This document shows positions 19,081-27,845 of a stretch of DNA of 43,439 nt, in pieces (within the stretch, counting starts at the first letter, position 1; each line of letters starts with the position of its first letter). The position numbers were made by a program, and so were the translations under genes. The notes below the pieces were generated by a model, which saw nothing but the letters and a program-made list of their open reading frames with translations, was not told where the DNA came from and did not search any database. The DNA comes from a virus (taxonomy: Duplodnaviria > Heunggongvirae > Uroviricota > Caudoviricetes). The DNA is taken from the IMG/VR virus record IMGVR_UViG_2711768068_000024. One strand, written 5' to 3'.

Positions 19081-19276
19081 AGTCCTCCCGCGAGATCTGC
19101 CCGTCGCGCAGAAGCTGGTAGGCTTTGTGTTTGTAGTACCAGTTGATAGCCAGCATCAGCACACCAATCATCAGGCCGCCCAGTGTTGAGGCATCCTTGA
19201 TGGACAAATCGCCCAGCCAGGCCAGCACGACGGCGATGCAATACGTGATAAAGGCGCTGATTCGCTCAAGCGTCAT
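19061..19276 (-). CDS. Holin
   Basis: 71 aa, two TM segments, charged C-terminus, directly upstream of the endolysin. Confidence 0.7.
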   Translation of the reverse strand: MTLERISAFITYCIAVVLAWLGDLSIKDASTLGGLMIGVLMLAINWYYKHKAYQLLRDGQISREDYESINR

Positions 19277-19279
19277 AAT

Positions 19280-19483
19280 TCAGTCCCATAGCTGGACGGT
19301 CTGCACGGTGGTGGTGGTCGGAATGTCCGGCAGCTCCACCTGCAGCCCGTGAGGTAAAAAGGGGCTGTATTCGGCAAGCCCCGGATTTGCCTTCAGTACC
19401 TGCTCCGTGACACCCTGCGTGCGCCCGTAATGACGCCAGCAAAGCGCGTCCACCGTGTCATACTGATGCGCACGCACTTTCAT
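19280..19483 (-). CDS. Tail protein gpX
   Basis: 67 aa, same size and position as P2 X. Confidence 0.7.
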   Translation of the reverse strand: MKVRAHQYDTVDALCWRHYGRTQGVTEQVLKANPGLAEYSPFLPHGLQVELPDIPTTTTVQTVQLWD

Positions 19484-20010
19484 CAGATAAGCTCCACTGT
19501 GCAGTGCGGCGCATCCTGCACCCGGCTGATGGCCCAGCGGGCGTCACGCCATAAATCACCGCTTGCTTCCGCCAGTTCCTCGCCTCGCTTCGCACCGGAT
19601 GCCGTGGCGTCATAGTCCTGGTAACGTTCGTTGAGCATGGCGCGTGCCCAGCAGTAAACCGCGTTGAAATAGTGCTGAATGCGCTCACTTTTGCCGTCCA
19701 GTTGTTCCGCCGGGACTTCTGCCAGCGAGGCATACCCCAGCATCTGCTGGCGTCTGCGAAACTCATACAGCTCTGCGTTGACCTCCGAAATTGCCGACAG
19801 CGCAACCTGCTTTAAACGCGGCTGCGTCACCGTGCCGTCAGTGCGCATGACACTGCGAAACTCCGACAGGTCCACATCAGGCCAGAACGGCGTATTTCTG
19901 ATGATTTCCGCCTGTTCCGGTGCCTGTTCTGGCGCAACAAACTTCATGCTGCTTTCTCCTGAAATAGAGGGCGGTGGACGGGGTTTTGATGTGGCAGTGC
20001 CTTTCGCCAC
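19483..20010 (-). CDS. Head completion protein gpL
   Basis: 175 aa, P2 synteny. Confidence 0.8.
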   Translation of the reverse strand: MAKGTATSKPRPPPSISGESSMKFVAPEQAPEQAEIIRNTPFWPDVDLSEFRSVMRTDGTVTQPRLKQVALSAISEVNAELYEFRRRQQMLGYASLAEVPAEQLDGKSERIQHYFNAVYCWARAMLNERYQDYDATASGAKRGEELAEASGDLWRDARWAISRVQDAPHCTVELI

Positions 20011-20042
20011 CCCGTGCCGCCCGTGCGCGGGGGCACGTTCTG

Positions 20043-20693
20043 TCAGCGGCTGTCATTGCGCAGTCTGCGCTCCAGCTGCTGTTTGTCTTTTTTCACGCCA
20101 CAGCGGGGATCGAGCTGTAACGCATGGTTGAGATGATTAAGGGCGGAAGCCGGGTTGCTTTCACTCAGGACAGCGCCAATCGCTTTATGCAGACGCGCCC
20201 GTGACTGGTCCGGCATATCCATACCGTCTGTCAGCTCCAGGGTCTGCAGCAACAGATCGGCATCAAAGCCGGTGGCGGCAAGCATTGCGCTCTGGGCTGC
20301 ATCTGCCATTTCCTCTGCCAGCACGGTCTGCACGTTGCGGTTACCTAACGGCATCACCCAGCCATGACGCAGGGCGTGACGCCCGATCTCCAGCGCCCCG
20401 GCATAATCTCCGGCATCAATGCGCCACAGCATCACGTACATCAGCACGTCATCCTGCTGTGCGCCTCCGGCAGTCAGGACACCCTCTGCCCAGGCGGCGT
20501 ACTTCGGCAGCAGTTCCACCTTAATCTCCGCTTTTTTGACCGTGGACTGAACGCCCTTGAGACGGCGGCGGTCTTCCGCCAGTTGCAGCAGCATCAGGTC
20601 ATAGCCCGACGCGTGGCGAACGCTGCCGCCCTCACGGGCGGCCTGTTCAGCCTGAACGCGCAGGCGATGCTGCCGTGCGGGACTCAGGCTCAT
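20043..20693 (-). CDS. Terminase small (endonuclease) subunit gpM
   Basis: 216 aa, P2 synteny. Confidence 0.8.
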   Translation of the reverse strand: MSLSPARQHRLRVQAEQAAREGGSVRHASGYDLMLLQLAEDRRRLKGVQSTVKKAEIKVELLPKYAAWAEGVLTAGGAQQDDVLMYVMLWRIDAGDYAGALEIGRHALRHGWVMPLGNRNVQTVLAEEMADAAQSAMLAATGFDADLLLQTLELTDGMDMPDQSRARLHKAIGAVLSESNPASALNHLNHALQLDPRCGVKKDKQQLERRLRNDSR

Positions 20694-20696
20694 GGG

Positions 20697-21755
20697 TTAC
20701 GCTCCGGCTTCTGCTGCAGCGGCGCTGAAATCGCCAATCTGGATGTTTTCCACCAGTGCGGCGCAGCGGTAGTCCTCAACCACATAGGCTTCGTTAACGG
20801 ATTCAAAGTTTTCAATCCGGTCACGTTTCGGGTTGTCGATAACTGAACGGCGGCGGGTGTCTTCCTGCCAGTAGATGGACAGGTTATCCAGACGGGTGAT
20901 CAGCAGCGCATTCGGCGGGAAGAACGGCGCACGCACGGCCTGCAGGCCACCCATGCGTTTCTGGCTGATGATCATATCGGCAGCCAGTTTTTCACTGTTT
21001 TCCTGCTCTTTGTTGACCAGCGGGAAATACTTGTCAGACAGCAGTTCACGACCGCAAATCACCACCAGATCGTCATCGTCCTGGTAGACCACGTCGATAA
21101 GCTCATTGACGGCATCCATCACCACTGCGTCCAGGTTGGCATATTCGCCACCTTTACCGACTTTCACCGCACCCGGTGTGGTTTCACCGCCCGTGGTGGT
21201 GCTGCCCATGACGTGATCCGGTGCATCCTCACGGATTTTCTGCAGCCAGCCTTTGTTCACATCCTGCAGTAGCGGGTTTTCACTACGGTTGGAGGTTTTC
21301 GCACGCTTCACGCCGTTAAAGCCGATCATGATGCGGTCCAGTGCCTGACGTTTCACGATGGCGTCACGGATACGCACCTGGAAATCCTGAAACTTCGCCC
21401 ACAGGTCCAGCTTCGCGTAGGTCAGCACCGTGTCAAAGTTGGTCTGCTCGCATTTATATTCCACATCGACCATCAGCGTCGGATCGACAGGTTCACGCTC
21501 TTTCGCGGTGGTGTCAGTGGTTCCGGCAATGGTGCTGCCAACACCCAGCCCCAGCAGCTGACCGGACTGCTCAGTCACTGGCGTGACGTTAATCAGCGTC
21601 AGGAAAGCGGCGGACTGCTGGATCTGGTCTTCCAGCGTCTGCTGTACAGACGGCTCCACGGTGAACTTGCTGGACAGTTCTTCAACTGCCACACCGTTCA
21701 GACGCGCCAGCTGCTGCAGGTAAGCGTTAAAAGCAAAGCGGGTATTCTTCTTCAT
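20697..21755 (-). CDS. Major capsid protein gpN
   Basis: 352 aa, P2 N-like size and position. Confidence 0.9.
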   Translation of the reverse strand: MKKNTRFAFNAYLQQLARLNGVAVEELSSKFTVEPSVQQTLEDQIQQSAAFLTLINVTPVTEQSGQLLGLGVGSTIAGTTDTTAKEREPVDPTLMVDVEYKCEQTNFDTVLTYAKLDLWAKFQDFQVRIRDAIVKRQALDRIMIGFNGVKRAKTSNRSENPLLQDVNKGWLQKIREDAPDHVMGSTTTGGETTPGAVKVGKGGEYANLDAVVMDAVNELIDVVYQDDDDLVVICGRELLSDKYFPLVNKEQENSEKLAADMIISQKRMGGLQAVRAPFFPPNALLITRLDNLSIYWQEDTRRRSVIDNPKRDRIENFESVNEAYVVEDYRCAALVENIQIGDFSAAAAEAGA

Positions 21756-21771
21756 CAGGTTTTGTGCTCCA

Positions 21772-22605
21772 TCAGCAATTGGTCAGAGTGTCAGCGGGGG
21801 CGTTACCGCCTGTTGCACGCTGGCGGTAGTCCTGGCGGCTGTCTTCATGGCTCAGCTTGTCCACCAGTTCGTTAAAGGCGGTCTGCTGTGCCTGCAGGGC
21901 AGTCTCCAGCTCAGACAGGCGTTCTTCCTGCTCAGACAGGGATTTTTCGGTGCGCGCACTCAGGTTCTGCTGCTCAGTGGCGACCAGTTCCACGGCCTTA
22001 TGCACATCAGAGAACCGGGCGTCATCGGACTGCTCTTTTTTGGTGAACAGCGCCGTGACACGGGCAAACAGGGACGGTTTGTCATCCTGGATTTCTTCCA
22101 GTTCGATCACCGTTTCCTCTGCAGCGGTAAAAAGATTGGCGGGATTCTGCTTGCGGTTTGCCAGCGGGTTATGGGCTGCACTGGCGCTGAATGTCAGCAT
22201 TTCAGTGCCCAGACTGGCAGGGTCATCAGTGGCAGCCAGGCCGACCAGGTAGGCTTTGCCCGTATCAGCAAACTTCGGGCTGACTTCCATAGAGGTGAAT
22301 AATTTCTGGCCTTTTTTCACCAGTTCCACCAGGGACTCCGTTGGCTCAACGTCGGCATACAGCGCCATCTTGCCTGCCAGCGGACCTTCCGTGATTTCTT
22401 CAGCAAACAGCGCAGTCACCTTGCCGTAGCGGTTAAAGGTGCTGTCCGGCAGATAAGACTTGATGTGCTCAAGGTTAATCAGCGCGGTATACACCGCCGG
22501 GTTGTAGCTGGCTGCCATCTGTTCCAGCCATTCACGCTGGATTTCGCGTCCGTCGGTGGTGGCACCTTCCACCCCGATGCGAAAACGCTTTGCTTTCACT
22601 GTCAT
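21772..22605 (-). CDS. Capsid scaffolding protein gpO
   Basis: 277 aa, acidic coiled-coil-rich, P2 synteny. Confidence 0.85.
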   Translation of the reverse strand: MTVKAKRFRIGVEGATTDGREIQREWLEQMAASYNPAVYTALINLEHIKSYLPDSTFNRYGKVTALFAEEITEGPLAGKMALYADVEPTESLVELVKKGQKLFTSMEVSPKFADTGKAYLVGLAATDDPASLGTEMLTFSASAAHNPLANRKQNPANLFTAAEETVIELEEIQDDKPSLFARVTALFTKKEQSDDARFSDVHKAVELVATEQQNLSARTEKSLSEQEERLSELETALQAQQTAFNELVDKLSHEDSRQDYRQRATGGNAPADTLTNC

Positions 22606-22747
22606 GAGCCGTGCTCCGTTAGAAAAAACTTACTGGAGCCTTATGGTTGCGGTGATGGGGGCAGTGAAACAATGCGCGGTATTTGTACCAACAACCACAC
22701 AAACCGCAGGCGGGGAAAGCCTTCATTCAAGGCTGTAGGTTTGTGCC

Positions 22748-24514
22748 ATGAACACCACACTGACACCCGCAGATCTCGATCCCCGTCGGCAGGCCATGCT
22801 GCTGTACTTTCAGGGATACCGCGTCGCCCGCATTGCTGAAATGCTGGGCGAGAAAGTTGCAACCGTTCACAGCTGGAAAAAACGCGACAAGTGGGGTGAC
22901 TATGGGCCGCTGGATCAGATGCAGCTCACCACCGCCGCACGCTACTGCCAGCTCATTATGAAGGAGCACAAAGAAGGGAAAGATTTCAAAGAAATTGACC
23001 TGCTGGCACGCCAGTCTGAGCGCCACGCGCGGATCGGCAAGTTTAACAATGGCGGCAACGAAGCCGACTTAAACCCTAACGTTGCCAACCGCAACAAAGG
23101 CCCACGTCGTCAGCCGGAAAAGAATGTTTTCACCGATGAACAGATTGAGAAACTGGAAGAAATCTTCCATTCCTCTATGTTCAACTACCAGCGCCACTGG
23201 TGGGAAGCCGGAAAAACCAACCGCATCCGCAACCTGCTGAAGTCACGCCAGATCGGCGCGACCTTTTACTTTGCCCGTGAAGCCCTGATTGACGCCCTGC
23301 TGACCGGGCGTAACCAGATTTTCCTTTCTGCCAGCAAGGCTCAGGCCCACGTCTTTAAACAGTACATCATCGACTTTGCCAAAGAAGTGGAGGTGGAGCT
23401 GAAAGGCGATCCGATGGTGCTTCCTAACGGGGCCACGCTTTACTTCCTCGGCACCAATGCCCGCACGGCCCAGAGTTACCACGGCAACCTGTATCTGGAT
23501 GAATATTTCTGGATACCGAAATTCCAGGAGCTGCGCAAAGTGGCTTCCGGTATGGCTATTCACAAAAAATGGCGACAAACCTATTTTTCCACGCCATCCA
23601 GTCTGACACACAGTGCTTATCCGTTCTGGTCCGGTGCGCTGTTCAACCGTGGGCGCAACAAAGCCGATAAGGTGGACATCGACCTGTCCCACAGCAATCT
23701 GGCCCCCGGCCTGCTGTGCGCAGACGGGCAATACCGCCAGATAGTCACCGTGGAAGATGCGGTGCGCGGCGGCTGTAACCTGTTCGACCTCGACCAGCTA
23801 CGCATGGAGTACAGCCCAGACGAATACCAGAACCTGCTGATGTGCGAGTTTGTGGACGATCTCGCGTCCGTGTTTCCGCTCAGCGAGCTGCAGGCGTGCA
23901 TGGTGGACAGTTGGGAAGTCTGGACCGACTTTCATGCACTGGCGCTGCGCCCGTTTGGCTGGCGCGAAGTGTGGATCGGTTATGACCCGGCAAAAGGTAC
24001 GCAAAACGGCGACAGCGCTGGATGCGTGGTGGTGGCACCGCCAGCCGTGCCGGGTGGTAAGTTCCGCATTCTTGAGCGTCACCAGTGGCGCGGGATGGAC
24101 TTCCGCGCCCAGGCTGACGCCATCAAAAAACTTACCGAACAGTACAACGTGACTTATATCGGTATCGACTCAACCGGCGTTGGTCACGGGGTTTACGAGA
24201 ACGTGAAAGCGTTCTTTCCTGCCGTCCGGGAGTTTGTCTACAACCCCAACGTTAAAAACGCCCTGGTACTCAAGGCCTACGACATTATCAGCCACCGCCG
24301 TCTGGAGTTTGACGCCGGGCACACCGACATTGCGCAGTCATTCATGGCAATCCGTCGCGCAACCACCGCCAGTGGCAACCGCCCAACCTATGAAGCCAGC
24401 CGCAGCGAAGAAGCCAGCCACGCCGATCTGGCCTGGGCAACAATGCACGCACTGTTTAACGAACCACTGCAGGGCGAGTCCGCCAATACCAGTAATATTG
24501 TGGAGATTTTTTGA
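22748..24514 (+). CDS. Terminase ATPase (large) subunit gpP
   Basis: 588 aa, divergent from the O-N-M-L operon as in P2. Confidence 0.9.
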   Translation: MNTTLTPADLDPRRQAMLLYFQGYRVARIAEMLGEKVATVHSWKKRDKWGDYGPLDQMQLTTAARYCQLIMKEHKEGKDFKEIDLLARQSERHARIGKFNNGGNEADLNPNVANRNKGPRRQPEKNVFTDEQIEKLEEIFHSSMFNYQRHWWEAGKTNRIRNLLKSRQIGATFYFAREALIDALLTGRNQIFLSASKAQAHVFKQYIIDFAKEVEVELKGDPMVLPNGATLYFLGTNARTAQSYHGNLYLDEYFWIPKFQELRKVASGMAIHKKWRQTYFSTPSSLTHSAYPFWSGALFNRGRNKADKVDIDLSHSNLAPGLLCADGQYRQIVTVEDAVRGGCNLFDLDQLRMEYSPDEYQNLLMCEFVDDLASVFPLSELQACMVDSWEVWTDFHALALRPFGWREVWIGYDPAKGTQNGDSAGCVVVAPPAVPGGKFRILERHQWRGMDFRAQADAIKKLTEQYNVTYIGIDSTGVGHGVYENVKAFFPAVREFVYNPNVKNALVLKAYDIISHRRLEFDAGHTDIAQSFMAIRRATTASGNRPTYEASRSEEASHADLAWATMHALFNEPLQGESANTSNIVEIF

Positions 24515-25551
24515 TGGGAAAGAGTAAGAAGAACCGCGCTGCGTCGACGAACCAGATCCAGCATAAAAGTCAAACTACAGCCGAAGCATTCAGCTTCGGT
24601 GATCCCGTTCCTGTTCTGGACCGCCGCGAACTACTGGACTATGTGGAATGCGTACAGACAGATCGCTGGTATGAGCCGCCAGTAAGCTTTGACGGACTGG
24701 CGCGCACCTTCCGCGCCGCCGTGCATCACAGTTCACCAATTGCGGTGAAATGCAACATTCTGACCAGTACCTACATCCCCCACCCGCTGCTCAGCCAGCA
24801 GGCTTTTTCACGTTTTGTGCAGGACTATCTGGTATTTGGTAACGCCTACCTGGAGAAACGCACGAACCGCTTCGGTGAAGTTATCGCCCTTGAGCCTGCT
24901 CTGGCAAAATACACCCGACGCGGGTTAGACCTGGATACCTACTGGTTTGTGCAATACGGCATGACTACGCAGCCGTATCAGTTCACGAAAGGCAGCATCT
25001 TTCATCTGATGGAACCGGATATCAACCAGGAGATCTACGGCCTGCCCGGTTATCTTTCTGCCATTCCGTCAGCCCTGCTCAACGAGTCCGCCACGTTGTT
25101 CCGCCGTAAGTATTACATTAACGGCAGCCATGCAGGCTTCATCATGTACATGACCGATGCCGCGCAGAATCAGGAGGATGTGAACAACCTCCGCAACGCG
25201 ATGAAAAGCGCCAAAGGTCCAGGCAACTTCCGCAACCTGTTTATGTACTCACCTAACGGCAAAAAAGACGGGCTTCAGATCATCCCATTGTCAGAAGTCG
25301 CGGCGAAGGATGAATTTCTTAACATCAAGAACGTGAGTCGGGATGACATGATGGCAGCGCACCGCGTGCCGCCGCAAATGATGGGGATTATGCCGAATAA
25401 TGTTGGGGGGTTTGGGGATGTGGAAAAGGCAAGCCGTGTATTCGTCCGAAATGAGCTAATGCCACTACAAAAGCGATTACAGGAGATGAATGATTGGCTT
25501 GGCAAGGAGGCGATACAGTTTAATACCTACTCGCTAGATATAGTCCCATAA
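24511..25551 (+). CDS. Portal protein gpQ
   Basis: 346 aa, 4-nt overlap with P, P2 Q-like. Confidence 0.9.
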   Translation: MMGKSKKNRAASTNQIQHKSQTTAEAFSFGDPVPVLDRRELLDYVECVQTDRWYEPPVSFDGLARTFRAAVHHSSPIAVKCNILTSTYIPHPLLSQQAFSRFVQDYLVFGNAYLEKRTNRFGEVIALEPALAKYTRRGLDLDTYWFVQYGMTTQPYQFTKGSIFHLMEPDINQEIYGLPGYLSAIPSALLNESATLFRRKYYINGSHAGFIMYMTDAAQNQEDVNNLRNAMKSAKGPGNFRNLFMYSPNGKKDGLQIIPLSEVAAKDEFLNIKNVSRDDMMAAHRVPPQMMGIMPNNVGGFGDVEKASRVFVRNELMPLQKRLQEMNDWLGKEAIQFNTYSLDIVP

Positions 25552-25553
25552 TA

Positions 25554-25584
25554 AGAAAAGCCACCGTTTGGTGGCTTTTCTTCA
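25554..25584. terminator. Bidirectional hairpin between convergent portal gene and cargo operon
   Basis: AAAGCCACC-gttt-GGTGGCTTT with flanking A/T runs, between the two converging stop codons. Confidence 0.5.
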
Positions 25585-25585
25585 T

Positions 25586-26326
25586 TTACTCAATAGGTTC
25601 AAACTCATCCTGAGGAATCAGCGTCGATTGACAGGCTTGGCTTAGTACTCCTGATAATTTACATAATAACCGATAGTTATGAGGAGCATCATCGCTAATC
25701 TTTTCGACCGTTAAAGTGATTGATTTTGGATCATCCAATAACATCTTCTTGATATCATTACTTAAATACCTAGGGCAGTAACCAACGATTTCAGCTGGTT
25801 TATCTGCACGAACGACAACAGCATCCCCATCGTATTCATTTTGAAGATCCAAGCAAAGACGCAAAATTTGCCCCGGTTTCAATTCAGATACACGAGCATT
25901 AGCTAAGCTATTTAAGTAACCAAGTCCATGTAAGAAGAAAAAATGCTCAAAGTTACCATCAGAATCAACATCAATTTTTTTGAAAATCTGCAGCTGATCA
26001 GTGCTTCGTAAGCCTCCCGAGCGAGCAAGAATATCGATAGGATTTACCTTATCTTCTTCAAATCCAAGCCATTTAATGAAACTCGGATACTCTGGACGTC
26101 TCGGTGATAAAAGGCGATTTTTAAAAAGAGGAAACAATTCTTCCGAAACATAAGTTTCACGAACATCACTCATGCCGCTAAACTTTGTAAATTTAGTAGA
26201 TTTAAGAGCACCTTTGGTATACCTGAAAACATACCCCGATTTGCGCTCTTGCAAGTTACCAACAACATGCCAGTCTCTGGTATCTGGTGCCTGCCATGCG
26301 ACGTAAACGGAGTTTGTATTAGTCAT
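25586..26326 (-). CDS. HipA-N-terminal-like domain fused to HIRAN-like domain
   Basis: 246 aa; N-terminus VYVAWQ..VVGNL..YVFRY..ELFPLFKNRLL resembles the HipA N-terminal subdomain; C-terminus ILRLCLDLQNEYDGDAVVVRADKPAEIVGYCPRYL fits the HIRAN pattern; 4-nt overlap with the upstream kinase gene. Confidence 0.55.
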   Translation of the reverse strand: MTNTNSVYVAWQAPDTRDWHVVGNLQERKSGYVFRYTKGALKSTKFTKFSGMSDVRETYVSEELFPLFKNRLLSPRRPEYPSFIKWLGFEEDKVNPIDILARSGGLRSTDQLQIFKKIDVDSDGNFEHFFFLHGLGYLNSLANARVSELKPGQILRLCLDLQNEYDGDAVVVRADKPAEIVGYCPRYLSNDIKKMLLDDPKSITLTVEKISDDAPHNYRLLCKLSGVLSQACQSTLIPQDEFEPIE

Positions 26327-27237
26327 TCTAGTAACCTTCTGCGATTTTCCATTACCATTAACGTTGCAAATCTACGTGCACTGTCGGATATACACGATGA
26401 AGGCACTTGGTTAAACACATCTGTAATGGAATCTTCTGTTAAAACGCTCAACTTACCTAACCAATGGTCGCGAGCGGCAACTCTCCCTTCAACTGCATGT
26501 TGAAATGCTTCAACGGTCAGCAAGGGCTTTTTATCAGTTTTTGCTTTGAATAGCTCAGAGCGAGCTTTTCTTACAAAACATGGGATTTGTCGATTTTTAT
26601 CTTTAGTATTAAGCCGTTCGTTACGCTCATCATCTAACATCTCCCTTCCTAAACTAGCGGCATGATCGTATGTTGGACACAAAAACTGCTCACCAGTTTC
26701 ATTGTTAAGCATGATCGCCCAATTTTCATGATGGCGATCTTGATTACTCACAAGTGCATCGAGCATCAAATATCCACAAAATACATCTGCTGCATTTAGC
26801 CCGGTTAGATCATATACACTCGGAGGAGGCTTGATAGATTCCCTATCCAAACAACCCAATACCCTTGTGACAGTGTGTTCTCTGACCCTTACCGGCTTTT
26901 CCCCGGCTTGTAAAGGCCCAGGATAATCGAATGTCGAACTGTGAAGCACTTCATTTCCCATTACCATCCGGAAACCAGATGGAATGATATTCTGAGTCAC
27001 CACACCGAATCGACCATTGTATCGCGCCAAATCATAGCTAGCATGTGGAATGTTAAGCAAATGACATAACTCAGCAGCACACTTTTCAGACCAATGCTCG
27101 CCAGTACCTGGCCTAGAGTACTTAAACAACTGCAAATTTACAGTGTCATCGGAGAAATAGAACCAAAACTTCTCTTTGGTTCCTAACTGTTCAAGATCGT
27201 TAGCTACGGGGCTAAGCTCTACCAATTGGTATGGCAT
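26323..27237 (-). CDS. HipA-like Ser/Thr kinase core (HipT-like, no N-terminal domain)
   Basis: 304 aa; GTKEKFW (P-loop-like), LVSNQDRHHENWAIM (catalytic loop, compare HipA GATDGHAKNFS), PTYDHAASL (metal-binding YD). Confidence 0.7.
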   Translation of the reverse strand: MPYQLVELSPVANDLEQLGTKEKFWFYFSDDTVNLQLFKYSRPGTGEHWSEKCAAELCHLLNIPHASYDLARYNGRFGVVTQNIIPSGFRMVMGNEVLHSSTFDYPGPLQAGEKPVRVREHTVTRVLGCLDRESIKPPPSVYDLTGLNAADVFCGYLMLDALVSNQDRHHENWAIMLNNETGEQFLCPTYDHAASLGREMLDDERNERLNTKDKNRQIPCFVRKARSELFKAKTDKKPLLTVEAFQHAVEGRVAARDHWLGKLSVLTEDSITDVFNQVPSSCISDSARRFATLMVMENRRRLLE

Positions 27238-27387
27238 CTGACATCCCTGTTTAGCGGATTATGAATAAGTTAGGTTCCATTTTATCCAAACATTGCCAAA
27301 TACTCTAAGATTTATTAGATGATAGAGCGATACTGTATGCATGTCCAGCAATCAAATCAATATATAACTCTTATATGACTTAGCGCG

Positions 27388-27410
27388 CGCTCGTATCCCC
27401 GCCACGCCTG
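27388..27410. other. Probable cos site (P2/186-type cohesive end)
   Basis: Bottom strand reads GGCGTGGCGGGGATACGAG, sharing its first 13 nt with the 186-type cos sequence as I recall it; lies in the AT-rich gap between cargo genes, as cos sits next to Q in P2. Confidence 0.45.
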
Positions 27411-27845
27411 CCCGCTTTGTGTAGTGGTTTTCATGCAGTTGCATAACATAAGCAAAAGCTCGTCAGAACTGGCAGGCTTCGACTTAAACGATCCACTAGC
27501 GATCATTCATTTTCATGCAGCATAGGTATGCACCAGAGTTACTTTGAGGTGCAATGGATGATACCTACAGATTTGCTACCCAAGGTCATGCTGAAAATCT
27601 ATCGCATCTGTATGATGCCGCGGACATAGCAAAATCTCCCCATGCAGTGACAAACTACTTGAGTAAATACTGTTGTGTTACCACAAGAAGAGATTTCAAA
27701 AGGAAAACAACGCTATGTTATCTAGTACATATAGCTATAAATGTCTTAATTTTAGCCAATACATTGAATTAAATGAAAAAATACTTTAGTTTGTATACTA
27801 TTTTTTAGCGTTCAAGATTATGCAATTTTTTGGAGAGAACTATAA

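Noticed and set aside
27554-27772. 72-aa ORF in the cos-containing gap
   Set aside because: No RBS, AT-rich low-complexity translation, and it sits in a region expected to hold cos and divergent promoters.
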